A DNA stretch of 64,000 nt, from assembly GCA_016207275.1 (NCBI GenBank), contig JACQPY010000013.1, forward strand, positions 90,583-154,582, read 5' to 3'. Shown here piece by piece: positions 34,525-44,062 of this stretch. The notes under the pieces were generated by a model, which saw nothing but the letters and a program-made list of their open reading frames with translations, had not been told where the DNA came from and ran no database searches. The translations under genes were made by a program, and so were the position numbers. The stretch's first letter is position 1. Every line of letters begins with the position of its first letter. This stretch comes from Candidatus Kerfeldbacteria bacterium (GTDB lineage: Bacteria; Patescibacteriota; Patescibacteriia; SBBC01).

Positions 34525-34889
34525 GCCAGTAACCGAAAAGTCAGGACGGCGGCCGCCAACAACATCAATTCGAGGAACGTCGTTAAAACCGTAATCAGAA
34601 CCGCCGACGCCCGCTGGTGTTCCACGACGCTGGCGTACAACATGGTGTTGATGAGCAGCATCACGGTTCCGGATAAGGGCAAGAGGTAGGCCAGGTACCA
34701 CGGCCCGATTCGGTCAATTCCAAAAGTGGTGGTATAGTGCAGTGGTATGGGATCTGGTTGCGGCCGAACTCGCCACGCCGTGAAAACCCATTGGCCGAGG
34801 TTGAGTGTCGTGGCGAGGGCAATGATGAAGGGAATCCCACGCTGGAGCCTGATTTTTGCTAATCCGCGGAGCGGAGAGGTTAAGCGCAT
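34521..34889 (-). CDS. Hypothetical small membrane protein (122 aa) immediately upstream of mraY
   Basis: Three to four predicted TM helices, an ATGA overlap with mraY, same strand and coding-like composition. No family recognised. Confidence 0.4.
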   Translation of the reverse strand: MRLTSPLRGLAKIRLQRGIPFIIALATTLNLGQWVFTAWRVRPQPDPIPLHYTTTFGIDRIGPWYLAYLLPLSGTVMLLINTMLYASVVEHQRASAVLITVLTTFLELMLLAAAVLTFRLLA

Positions 34890-34892
34890 AAC

Positions 34893-36668
34893 GTGAAGCT
34901 GTCAGATCTTCGTCCCCCCATCATCGCGGCGATCGTACTAGTAATTATGTTTGTCGTGGAAGTACGTTCGGCCGCCGTCGAATCACCGATTATTGACGAG
35001 GGCGTTCACCTCGCCGCCGGTTTGAGTTATTGGCGGACCGGTGATTTTCGTCTGAATCCGGAACACCCGCCACTGATCAAGTTGTTCAGTACGTGGCCGC
35101 TACTGTTCACGACGATGACGATCCCGACCAATCACCCAACCTGGATCGCCTGGAACGAGTGGGAGTTAGCTGACTATCTGCTGCATAACAGTCCCGTGTC
35201 GATTGAAATTGTGCTCCGGCTGGCTCGTGTACCAATCATGCTGTTAAGCATTGCCTTGGGCTGGCTGATCTACCGAGCGAGTAGCGAACTATTTGGTCGC
35301 TGGGCCGGGGTATTCAGCCTGGTACTGTACGCGTTTGACCCGAATATTATCGCCCACAGCCGCTACGTCACCACTGACCTCGGCTTCACCGCCTTTACGT
35401 TTCTGAGTATATACTGCTTGGCCCGGTTGCTGCAACAGCCAACGATTCTCCGCGCGGCGATTTTTGGTTTAGCCTTAATCGCCGCCGGCTTGAGCAAATT
35501 TTCGGGCATCGCGTTGGCCGTCTGCATCGGCCTGGCGATCGGCCTGCTTAAACGCCTGAAACCAGGCTTGCCCGCACTGCGCGGCCGGATGGTTGGCCGA
35601 TGGTTGTTGGTTTGGGTTCCAATGGCCGCCCTGCTTACCTGGGCGATCTACGGTTTCGACGTCCGACGGCCGGCTGAAGATCCGCGTATCAGCCAACTGT
35701 ACTCACAACGCGAGCAGCTCTTAAAAGTCACCAATCCATCAACCCTGCCACCCCTCGAACGATTTGCCGTTGCGCAGCTGGGTGATCGCGCCCGGACAAT
35801 CGGTGCCTGGCTTGAACGGGGCAGTCAGTACCCCCTTCCCGGCTACGCCTTCTGGCGAGGTTTTTTCGCCGTTCTGGGTCACAGCTTCGGCGGTCAGGAG
35901 TCGTATCTACTGGGCTCGTACGCTGATCGCGGCTGGTGGTATTACTTCCCCGTGGCGCTGATCGTCAAAACGCCGTTACCGACGTTGATTGGCCTGACCG
36001 CCATACTCATGCTTGCGGTCGCCACCTGCTGGGCCCGGCACCGAGCCGGCGACGCTTGGCGAACGATCGGTGCGGCGATCGATATCAGAATTATGCTCTA
36101 CACGAGTATACCGACGATGTTCTTTCTCCTCAGCCTCGGCAGCAACCTTAACTTAGGCTGGCGACACATCATGCCGATCTACCCCTTCCTGTTTGTCCTG
36201 CTCGGCGGGCTTACCCGCTTACCGACGCCGCGAACAACCGTCCGCTGGCTCATTCCAAGCCTCTTAGCTAGTAATCTCGTCTTGATCCAAATCGCCGCCT
36301 ACCCCAATGAACTCGGTTACTTCAGCGAGTTGATTGGCGGGACGAGATTTGGCCCGCGGTACCTCCTCGATTCAAACCTGGATTGGGGGCAAGACTTGCC
36401 GAAGTTGGCCGCCTATGTTCGCCAGCACGGCTTAACCCAACTGCCCCTCGCCTATTACGGTCGGGCGAACCTAGCACACTATCTACCGGTGGCCACGACG
36501 CTGCCGAGCACCGACGAAATCCGCCAACAGGGACGACCTTCCGGAGCGGTTGCCATCAGCGTCGGCGAACTCTTCCGCCGTGATGGTCGCTACCGCTGGT
36601 TGTGGTCAGAACACCCAAATGAAATCGTTGGGTCAAGTATTTATGTCTATCATCTGCCATCAACGTAG
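34893..36668 (+). CDS. GT-C fold glycosyltransferase, family 39/83 (PMT / ArnT-like, polyprenyl-phosphate-sugar dependent)
   Basis: An N-terminal TM helix, then the loop-1 DE motif (IIDEGVHLAAGLSYWRTGDFRLNPEHPPLIKL), about 11 TM helices, and a C-terminal soluble domain. Confidence 0.75.
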   Translation: MKLSDLRPPIIAAIVLVIMFVVEVRSAAVESPIIDEGVHLAAGLSYWRTGDFRLNPEHPPLIKLFSTWPLLFTTMTIPTNHPTWIAWNEWELADYLLHNSPVSIEIVLRLARVPIMLLSIALGWLIYRASSELFGRWAGVFSLVLYAFDPNIIAHSRYVTTDLGFTAFTFLSIYCLARLLQQPTILRAAIFGLALIAAGLSKFSGIALAVCIGLAIGLLKRLKPGLPALRGRMVGRWLLVWVPMAALLTWAIYGFDVRRPAEDPRISQLYSQREQLLKVTNPSTLPPLERFAVAQLGDRARTIGAWLERGSQYPLPGYAFWRGFFAVLGHSFGGQESYLLGSYADRGWWYYFPVALIVKTPLPTLIGLTAILMLAVATCWARHRAGDAWRTIGAAIDIRIMLYTSIPTMFFLLSLGSNLNLGWRHIMPIYPFLFVLLGGLTRLPTPRTTVRWLIPSLLASNLVLIQIAAYPNELGYFSELIGGTRFGPRYLLDSNLDWGQDLPKLAAYVRQHGLTQLPLAYYGRANLAHYLPVATTLPSTDEIRQQGRPSGAVAISVGELFRRDGRYRWLWSEHPNEIVGSSIYVYHLPST

Positions 36669-36669
36669 G

Positions 36670-36698
36670 TTGACGTAAGGCATTTCCCGTGCTATAAT
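36670..36698 (+). promoter_or_regulatory. Near-consensus sigma-70 promoter TTGACG-17-TATAAT for the type IV pilus operon
   Basis: ggTTGACGtaaggcatttcccgtgcTATAATaatg, 27 nt upstream of the pilB GTG start at 36726. Confidence 0.6.
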
Positions 36699-36725
36699 AA
36701 TGACAGCAAAATTTGCCCGAAGCGA

Positions 36726-38450
36726 GTGATCAATCAAACAAAACTCTACAACATCCTGACTAAAAGTAGTGTCATTGCGTCTGACGCACTGGATGGCGCA
36801 GTCCAGGAGTCGAAAGAGCAACACGCTGATTTGGCGCAGTTTTTGGTGGCTAAAAATTTAGCCTCGGAAACGATCTTATACGAAACAATCGCGACCGGTT
36901 TAAAAATCCCTTTTGTCGATCTTTCCGCGATCAAAGTCCGACGCGACATCCTGACGATTGTGCCCGAACCAATCGCCCAGCTACATCATCTCGTCGCCTT
37001 CGATAAAACCGACCAGGGACTAAAAGTCGCAACGCTCGACCCGGATGACATCCAATCCTTTGAATTTTTGGAAAAGAAGGTTGGCCTGCCAATCGAAGTC
37101 CATCTCGCTACCCCCGCGGGAATTAAATCGATTCTCAAGCAGTACCGCAAAGGCCTGCGGGCTGAGTTCCGGGAAATCACCGCCGAGCAAGTCGAAGGCG
37201 CCGGTCCAGAAAATCTGAAACAACTTGCCGAAGACGTCCCGGTTGTCAGAATCGTTGACACCCTCCTCGAACACGCCATTTTTGAAAGCGCCTCCGACAT
37301 CCATATTGAACCGACGGAGAAAGACACGGTGGTCCGGTACCGCATCGACGGCATCCTGCGCGACGTCATGACCTTACCCAAAAAGATCCAGTCGGGCGTC
37401 GTGGCGAGAATTAAAATCCTGTCAAACTTAAAAATCGACGAGCACCGTCTACCGCAAGACGGCCGGTTTAAAATTGAAACCGATGCTCAGCGCGTCGCCT
37501 TCCGCGTTTCCATCCTGCCGGTTTACGACGGCGAAAAAGTCGTTTTACGCGTCCTCAATGAATCGGCCCAAGCGCTCTCGCTCGAGCAACTCGGTCTTCA
37601 GTCACGACCGCTGGAACTGCTGCAACGCAACATCAGTAAACCCCACGGCATCATCTACGTCACGGGGCCGACGGGATCGGGAAAAACCACCACCCTCTAC
37701 ACCGTCATTACTAAACTCAATACGGCCTCGGTCAACATTTCAACTATCGAGGACCCCATCGAGTACCGGATGATTCGCGTCAACCAAACTCAAGTCAATC
37801 CCAAAATCGGCCTGACCTTTGCGGCCGGCCTACGCGCCCTCCTCCGCCAGGATCCGAACATCATTATGGTCGGCGAAATTCGTGATATGGAAACAGCGGA
37901 AATAGCCACGCACGCCGCGATGACCGGTCACCTCGTGTTGACCACCCTGCACACAAACGATGCCGTCACCACGCTCCCTCGCCTGACTGAAATGGGCGTA
38001 CCGAGTTTCCTCGTTGCTTCAACGACTAACCTCGTTATGGCGCAGCGCTTAGTCCGAAAAATTTGCACCCACTGCATCGAAAGCTACACCCTCTCGCGGA
38101 CGGCGATCACCAACCTAGCCAAGCAAATAAACATCCAAAATATTCTCGAGATCCTCGAACACGAAGGCGCCATCGCCTCGGCCAAACAGGCGCCGGAGAC
38201 GTTGCTGTTCTATCGTGGCCGAGGCTGTCGTCAATGCAATGACACTGGCTACAAAGGCCGTATTGGCATTTACGAACTCCTCGAAGTCACCGCCGAAGTC
38301 AGCGAAGTCATTCTTCATCGCGCGACGGCCGACGAACTACAATCCCTGGCGGTCAAGCAAGGCATGTTGACCATGCTCCACGACGGCTTTCTCAAGGCCA
38401 AAGCGGGAATCACCACCGTCGAAGAAATCCTCCGCGTGACTAAGGAGTAG
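36726..38450 (+). CDS. pilB: Type IV pilus assembly ATPase PilB (GspE family), GTG start
   Basis: Walker A VTGPTGSGKTTTLY, Asp and His boxes, and the tetra-Cys motif CTHCIESY...CRQCNDTGYKGR. Confidence 0.9.
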   Translation: MINQTKLYNILTKSSVIASDALDGAVQESKEQHADLAQFLVAKNLASETILYETIATGLKIPFVDLSAIKVRRDILTIVPEPIAQLHHLVAFDKTDQGLKVATLDPDDIQSFEFLEKKVGLPIEVHLATPAGIKSILKQYRKGLRAEFREITAEQVEGAGPENLKQLAEDVPVVRIVDTLLEHAIFESASDIHIEPTEKDTVVRYRIDGILRDVMTLPKKIQSGVVARIKILSNLKIDEHRLPQDGRFKIETDAQRVAFRVSILPVYDGEKVVLRVLNESAQALSLEQLGLQSRPLELLQRNISKPHGIIYVTGPTGSGKTTTLYTVITKLNTASVNISTIEDPIEYRMIRVNQTQVNPKIGLTFAAGLRALLRQDPNIIMVGEIRDMETAEIATHAAMTGHLVLTTLHTNDAVTTLPRLTEMGVPSFLVASTTNLVMAQRLVRKICTHCIESYTLSRTAITNLAKQINIQNILEILEHEGAIASAKQAPETLLFYRGRGCRQCNDTGYKGRIGIYELLEVTAEVSEVILHRATADELQSLAVKQGMLTMLHDGFLKAKAGITTVEEILRVTKE

Positions 38451-38451
38451 A

Positions 38452-39666
38452 ATGCCTGAATTTGAGTACACCGCCCGCTCTGCCTCTGGTCAACTTAAAC
38501 GTGGGACGTTGGTGACCCGCGACGAAGTCGACTTAGAACGCAAGTTGCAAGAGCGAAATCTCGTTCTGACCAGCTCCGCCGTCAGACGAAAAAAGTTGAA
38601 AGCTGGCGGCTGGTTGACTAAGTTCCAGTCGGTGCCGATGGTCCAGCGGATGTTCTTCACCCAGTACTTGCACGTGATGATTCGCGCTGGCTTCTCGATT
38701 GCCCGCGCGCTTGACACGCTGGCCCAACAGACAAACAGCAAGTACTTTCGCACCGTCATCCATGAAATTCGCTCCGACGTCGAGGCCGGGATATCTTTCT
38801 CGAAAAGTTTAGCGAAGCATCCGCGGGTATTCAGTGAGCTGTACGTCAACATGGTGGCGGCCGGCGAAGCCAGCGGTAAGCTTGATGAAGTCCTCGAACG
38901 CCTGGCCGAAAAAATGAAAAAAGATCACGGCTTAATCGCCAAGGTCAAAGGCGCCCTGACCTACCCAATAATTATCATTATCGTCATGATCGCGGTCGCC
39001 ATTTTGATGACCGTCGTGGTCATCCCGAAACTTAGTGAGATTTTCGCCGAGAGCGGCTCGGCTTTGCCGCTGGCCACGCGAATCCTCATTGGGTTTTCAA
39101 ATTTTCTGGTTCACCATGGTTGGCTGGCGGTCATCGCGGTCATCGTATTGCTGGCCGGCTTGTTACGGTTAGTTCACACTGCCCGAGGGCGATCAAGCGT
39201 TGACGGCTTACTCTTGCGAACGCCAATCATCGGTCCGATCATCCAAAAAATCAGCCTCGCCCGCTTCAGTCGCTCCTTATCCTCGCTGTTACAGACCAGC
39301 ATTCCAATCATCGACGCCTTTTCGATCATCAGCCGAACGATGGGCAACACCCGGTACCGCCAAGCCCTCGAGCAAACTGGCAACAGTCTTAAAACCGGCA
39401 GCAGCATCGCCAAAAATATGGGCCAGTTCCCCCGACTCTTCCCGCCGCTGGCCACCCAGATGATTTCGATCGGCGAGGAAAGCGGTTCACTCGACACGAT
39501 CGCTGGCGAACTGGCGACGTTCTATGAGGATGAAGTCGACCAAACGATGTCTAATTTGTCATCAATCATCGAGCCGATTCTGATGCTCCTTTTGGGGCTC
39601 GGCGTGGCCGGCATGGCTATTTCAGTCATCCTGCCGATTTACTCACTGGCGCAACAAATTGGTTAG
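38452..39666 (+). CDS. pilC: Type IV pilus platform protein PilC (GspF family)
   Basis: Two GspF repeats (AGFSIARALDTLAQQ... and SLSSLLQTSIPIIDAFSIISRTMGN...) and three TM helices. Confidence 0.9.
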   Translation: MPEFEYTARSASGQLKRGTLVTRDEVDLERKLQERNLVLTSSAVRRKKLKAGGWLTKFQSVPMVQRMFFTQYLHVMIRAGFSIARALDTLAQQTNSKYFRTVIHEIRSDVEAGISFSKSLAKHPRVFSELYVNMVAAGEASGKLDEVLERLAEKMKKDHGLIAKVKGALTYPIIIIIVMIAVAILMTVVVIPKLSEIFAESGSALPLATRILIGFSNFLVHHGWLAVIAVIVLLAGLLRLVHTARGRSSVDGLLLRTPIIGPIIQKISLARFSRSLSSLLQTSIPIIDAFSIISRTMGNTRYRQALEQTGNSLKTGSSIAKNMGQFPRLFPPLATQMISIGEESGSLDTIAGELATFYEDEVDQTMSNLSSIIEPILMLLLGLGVAGMAISVILPIYSLAQQIG

Positions 39667-40741
39667 GGAACAACTCAATTCATTGCTGCGTGACCCGGCG
39701 CGCCAAGCGATTGGTCTTGACTTCAGCGGCCGCCAGCTGCGTTTTGTCCGAATCCGCCGGCGCCGGCGTCCGGAAGTTGTTCGGTTCGGTTACGTTCCGC
39801 TACCCGATGGAACGATCCAGCACGGCGAGGTGACTAACCCGACGGCACTCCAGCAGCAACTGCTCGTCCTGCAAGATACAAAAGTAAGCGGCAAACCGCG
39901 CCCGCGGGGTGCGGTCGCCGCCATTTCTGAACACCATACTTTCCTCAAGTACCTCGAGGTGCCAATGGGTCCGGCGGGCGATGTTGACGAAGCCATCCGC
40001 TGGGAAGCCACCCAACATATTCCCTATGACCTCAAGGATTTGAATCTCGACTGGGTGGTGCTTCCGACCCCGACCGGCAGGACCGCCGGCGCTTTGGTCG
40101 TGGCTGCTCCCCGAGACCTAGTCGAATCGTACGCGTCCGCCATCGAGCGCGTCGGCCTGGAACCCTTGGCCCTTGAACCCGCTTCACTGGTAGTCGTGCG
40201 CGCTTTTGCCGCGCAGCTACCAACCGATGATCCCGCGCTCCTCCTATTACTGGGGGAACTTGAGAGCACCGTAGTCTTGGTCCAGCGGCGGATCCCGCTC
40301 TTTACGTCGACGGTCCACCTGACCACCACGGAGCTTGAACAACGGATTACTAAGCAATTCACCTTACCAGCCGACGATGCCCAACGGGCGTTGTACGCGC
40401 TCGGCCTATATAAATTTCGGGCGCGGGGAATTGTCCGCGACCTGCTCCGCGAGTCGTTCGACTCGCTCGTCAATCGTCTTCAAGAGATACTCGATTTTTA
40501 CCGCAACCACTTTCCGGCTCCCGGTACCGTGGCCACGCTGCTCATCTGCGGTCCCGGGGCGCGAATTGCGGGACTAACCGAGGAACTGACCGGACGGTTG
40601 AAGTTAACGGTTAGCCTGGCTCGTCTGCCAACGGCACTGCACCCGGTCAAGCGTGCTTCAGGATTCGCTGCTAACCTGCTTGAATATAGCGTCGCCCTTG
40701 GCTCGGCCCTCCGGCGGCTACACGTTTCCCCCCATGCTTAA
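39659..40741 (+). CDS. pilM: Type IV pilus assembly protein PilM (actin-like ATPase fold)
   Basis: IGLDFSGRQLRFVRIRR... and the PilM/FtsA-like fold. Overlaps pilC by 8 nt. Confidence 0.85.
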   Translation: MVREQLNSLLRDPARQAIGLDFSGRQLRFVRIRRRRRPEVVRFGYVPLPDGTIQHGEVTNPTALQQQLLVLQDTKVSGKPRPRGAVAAISEHHTFLKYLEVPMGPAGDVDEAIRWEATQHIPYDLKDLNLDWVVLPTPTGRTAGALVVAAPRDLVESYASAIERVGLEPLALEPASLVVVRAFAAQLPTDDPALLLLLGELESTVVLVQRRIPLFTSTVHLTTTELEQRITKQFTLPADDAQRALYALGLYKFRARGIVRDLLRESFDSLVNRLQEILDFYRNHFPAPGTVATLLICGPGARIAGLTEELTGRLKLTVSLARLPTALHPVKRASGFAANLLEYSVALGSALRRLHVSPHA

Positions 40742-41282
40742 TCTCAATCTTCTCGATCACGACCGTCGCGCCCGCCTGACTGAGCTAGCGCGAGTTCGGG
40801 CAATGATCGGTCTGGTCAGCATCCTCTTTGGAATTCTGTTAGTCGTCAGCGGCGGCCTGATCGGCATTAATTTCTTACTCCAAAACCACTACCGTGGGCA
40901 ACAAACTGAACTACTGACAGTCAAAACGACCACCCGCGGCGGCGCTTTGTCCCTGACTGAAACCACGCTGCGTTTCAACCAAGAGCTTGCGACGCTCAAA
41001 CCGATCGTCGTCGATCCGATGCTCGATCAGCTGCTCATCGCCCTGGCCGAAGCAATTCCAAGTAGCGTCCACCTAACCTCGCTCTCGATCGCCACTAGTA
41101 AAACCGAACTAACTTTTACCGGCATAGCCCAAACCCGAAACGACATCCCGGCACTAGAAAAAAACCTTAAAGCTCTTCTCGCCTTGAACTCGGTCACGCT
41201 CGACTCAAACCTGAATGAGCGGACCAACGTCACGGTCGCCGGCCACGCGACGTTCGACCCGACTAAACTACATAACCAATGA
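40734..41282 (+). CDS. pilN: Type IV pilus assembly protein PilN (start at the internal Met overlapping the pilM stop)
   Basis: MLNLNLLDHDRRARL, a single TM helix, a coiled-coil region and a periplasmic domain. Operon position matches PilN. Confidence 0.7.
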   Translation: MLNLNLLDHDRRARLTELARVRAMIGLVSILFGILLVVSGGLIGINFLLQNHYRGQQTELLTVKTTTRGGALSLTETTLRFNQELATLKPIVVDPMLDQLLIALAEAIPSSVHLTSLSIATSKTELTFTGIAQTRNDIPALEKNLKALLALNSVTLDSNLNERTNVTVAGHATFDPTKLHNQ

Positions 41283-41800
41283 AATCGTTCCCCCTAGGCC
41301 TGACGGTCGCGCTTGTCGGGCTAATCGTCCTCTCAACTGGCGTGGTCTTCACCGTCCTGCCGCAGCTCGTAACCATCAATCAAGTACGGGGCGACATCGA
41401 CAGTACCCGGCTAACCATTGCTTCACTTCGACTGCAGCAAACAAACATCGAAAACGTCCGTCAGCAATTTGCTTCGCTGCAAGCCCAGGAACAGAAGGTG
41501 CTTAAGCAGTACGTTCTTGATGCTGCTTCAATTGATTTCTTCAACCTGATCGACGACCTCTACGCGCGGGCCGGCGTCACCAACGGTCAGCTCCGAATTG
41601 ATACCCCAACCACTAACGCTGACTACCAACTGCTCGGTGCGCACCTGACATTCTCCGCGTCATATCAACAGCTGGTAAGCTTTATCCGATCCCTGAATAC
41701 CATTGAGCCGCTGGTTCGCATACAAACGTTGACGGTTAATTCGGGGACCGACGCCCTGCCGGTGACGATTGACGCGTTCGTGTCGTGGAGAAAAAAATAA
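41279..41800 (+). CDS. pilO: Type IV pilus assembly protein PilO-like
   Basis: An N-terminal TM helix, a coiled-coil region (TRLTIASLRLQQTNIENVRQQFASLQAQEQKV) and a C-terminal domain. ATGA overlap with pilN. Confidence 0.6.
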   Translation: MKSFPLGLTVALVGLIVLSTGVVFTVLPQLVTINQVRGDIDSTRLTIASLRLQQTNIENVRQQFASLQAQEQKVLKQYVLDAASIDFFNLIDDLYARAGVTNGQLRIDTPTTNADYQLLGAHLTFSASYQQLVSFIRSLNTIEPLVRIQTLTVNSGTDALPVTIDAFVSWRKK

Positions 41801-41801
41801 T

Positions 41802-42083
41802 ATGCTCCGCTTACCAAAAAATACACTGGTGACCATTCAGCCCTGGCTGGCTCGTCGGGGTCAGACGATCATCCTCGTCCTGGCCGCGACCGCCGCGCTC
41901 TTCATCCTCGCCCGAGCCTGGCTACTAACGTTCGACCAACCCCTTTCATCTGAGCTGATCACGGCACACGAACAACAACCAGACCGGACCACCTTCGAAA
42001 CGATCGAGCAGTCGGTTGACGGTGCCCGAAAAAGGGCTGAGCAGGCGATCCCGAGACTGTCCGACCCCTTCGCTCGTCCTTGA
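41802..42083 (+). CDS. Small membrane protein (about 93 aa) following pilO; possible PilP-like or accessory component
   Basis: An ATG 1 nt after the pilO stop and one TM helix (TIILVLAATAALFILARAWLL). Unknown family. Confidence 0.35.
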   Translation: MLRLPKNTLVTIQPWLARRGQTIILVLAATAALFILARAWLLTFDQPLSSELITAHEQQPDRTTFETIEQSVDGARKRAEQAIPRLSDPFARP

Positions 42084-42085
42084 GC

Positions 42086-42114
42086 TTGACGTCCGGCGGG
42101 ATATTAGGTACGAT
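42086..42114 (+). promoter_or_regulatory. Putative promoter TTGACG-17-TACGAT for rpmA
   Basis: gcTTGACGtccggcgggatattaggTACGATgcc, 28 nt upstream of the rpmA ATG. Confidence 0.3.
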
Positions 42115-42142
42115 GCCGCCGTTAGAAACGTAATCACCACGC

Positions 42143-42421
42143 ATGGCCCATACCAAATCTGGCGGCTCAACCGCACTCGGTCGCGACTCGGCCGCCAAAC
42201 GACTCGGCGTCAAGCGCGCTGACGGCGCCACCATTCGTCGCGGCATGATCATCATCCGTCAACGCGGCAGCGTCATTCACCACGGCCAGAACGTCAAGCG
42301 CGGCAGCGACGATACGCTGTTCGCCCTCCGCGACGGCATCGTCCACTTCCGAACGAAAAAAACAAAAAACTTCCACGGCCGGTTGGTGCCACGGACGTTT
42401 GTCGACGTCGTCCCGCGCTAA
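42143..42421 (+). CDS. rpmA: 50S ribosomal protein L27
   Basis: [69 protein letters not shown]. Confidence 0.9.
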   Translation: MAHTKSGGSTALGRDSAAKRLGVKRADGATIRRGMIIIRQRGSVIHHGQNVKRGSDDTLFALRDGIVHFRTKKTKNFHGRLVPRTFVDVVPR

Positions 42422-44062
42422 CTAGCGTCGGCGCTGCCGATGGAGCGCGGCCGTGATGAAGCTGGCAAACAACGGATGCGGTGCGAGCGGGTAAGATTTA
42501 AACTCAGGATGGAACTGCACCCCGAGGAAGAACGGGTGATTCTGTAGTTCCATGATTTCGACCAGATCGCGCTCCGGGTTAAACCCGGCGACCCGGAGAC
42601 CCTTGCGTTCGAGCGCTGTCCGATAACGATTGTTAACCTCATACCGGTGGCGGTGACGCTCACGGATGTCGCGACGACCGTAGGCGTCTAAGGCTCGCGT
42701 GCCCGCGCGCAGGCGACACCGGAACTCGCCTAAGCGCATCGTCCCGCCAAAATCTCGAGCCACCAGCTTAGCCCGCTGCTCCGGAAGCATGTCAATAACG
42801 GGGTACGGCGTTTTGGCATCGATTTCTGTCGTGTGCGCCCGGGAAAGTTTTAACACGTGCCGGGCAAATTCAACCACGGCCAGCTGCAACCCATAGCACA
42901 AACCGAAATACGGGATGCGCTGTCGACGAACGTACTCAATCGCTGCGATTTTACCGTTGACGCCGCGAACGCCGAATCCCCCGGGGACAATGATACCATC
43001 GAACCGCTCTAACGTTCGGAGCAAGCGGCGGTCGCGTTCAAACGATTCGGCATCGATCCAGCTGATGTTTGGTGTACATCCAGCCTGCCACGAGGCGTGT
43101 TTAATGGACTCGATCACCGACAGGTACGAATCGCTTAACGTAAATTCACCGGTCGTGAAGTACTTTCCGACCATCCCAATCCGGACGCTTCGACGGAGTC
43201 GCTGCACCCGCTGCAGCAGCCTCCGCCAGTCCCGCAGGTCACGACGACGCGGTTTGAGGAAAAACTTTCCTAAAATCTTCTGGCCCAACTGCTCGCGCTC
43301 GAAGTTAATCGGGACCTGGTAGACTGAGTCAACATCCGGAGCCGAGATGACATCATCCGGATGAACGTTGCAAAAAACCGAGATACGCTCACGACGAGGC
43401 TGGTCAATTGATCGCTCACCTCGGCAAAGGACAAAATCTGGATGAATACCAGCGGCGTTGAGGGCTCGAACAGCGTGCTGCGTTGGCTTGGTTTTCATTT
43501 CGCCCAATTTTGATGGAATCGGGAGATAACTCACCAGAATGAATTGTACGGCCGTTGAGTCCTGGAGGTGCATCATCCGCGCCGCCTCCAGAAACAGTAA
43601 ATTTTCATACTCGCCGACCGTGCCGCCAATTTCAATGATCATCAATTCAGCCTTGGTGACCTGGGCCGCCCGTTTGATCCGTCGGATGACCTCCGCGGGG
43701 ATGTCCGGCACTGGCCGGACGGTCTTACCATGGTACTCGAGGTTACGCTCCCGACGAATGACCGAAAGGTAAACTTGGCCGGTGGTCATGTAACTGTCGC
43801 GCGTCAACTCGACCTGGAGAAATCGTTCATAGTTACCAATGTCTTGATCAGTTTCTAACCCGTCCTTGGTGACGAACACCTCACCATGCTCGGTCGGATT
43901 CATCGTCCCGGCGTCGACGTTAACGTAGGGGTCGATCTTCATGGCCGAAACGCGGTAACCCAAGCCTTGCAGCTCCCGCGCAATGGAGGAGACGGCAATT
44001 CCCTTTCCCAGACCAGACAAAACGCCGCCCATCACAAAAATGTACCGTGTCGGCTTAGGCAT
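42422..44062 (-). CDS. pyrG: CTP synthase
   Basis: YIFVMGGVLSGLGKGIAVSSIARELQ..., the glutamine amidotransferase domain, and GLCYGLQLAVVEFARH. Confidence 0.95.
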   Translation of the reverse strand: MPKPTRYIFVMGGVLSGLGKGIAVSSIARELQGLGYRVSAMKIDPYVNVDAGTMNPTEHGEVFVTKDGLETDQDIGNYERFLQVELTRDSYMTTGQVYLSVIRRERNLEYHGKTVRPVPDIPAEVIRRIKRAAQVTKAELMIIEIGGTVGEYENLLFLEAARMMHLQDSTAVQFILVSYLPIPSKLGEMKTKPTQHAVRALNAAGIHPDFVLCRGERSIDQPRRERISVFCNVHPDDVISAPDVDSVYQVPINFEREQLGQKILGKFFLKPRRRDLRDWRRLLQRVQRLRRSVRIGMVGKYFTTGEFTLSDSYLSVIESIKHASWQAGCTPNISWIDAESFERDRRLLRTLERFDGIIVPGGFGVRGVNGKIAAIEYVRRQRIPYFGLCYGLQLAVVEFARHVLKLSRAHTTEIDAKTPYPVIDMLPEQRAKLVARDFGGTMRLGEFRCRLRAGTRALDAYGRRDIRERHRHRYEVNNRYRTALERKGLRVAGFNPERDLVEIMELQNHPFFLGVQFHPEFKSYPLAPHPLFASFITAALHRQRRR

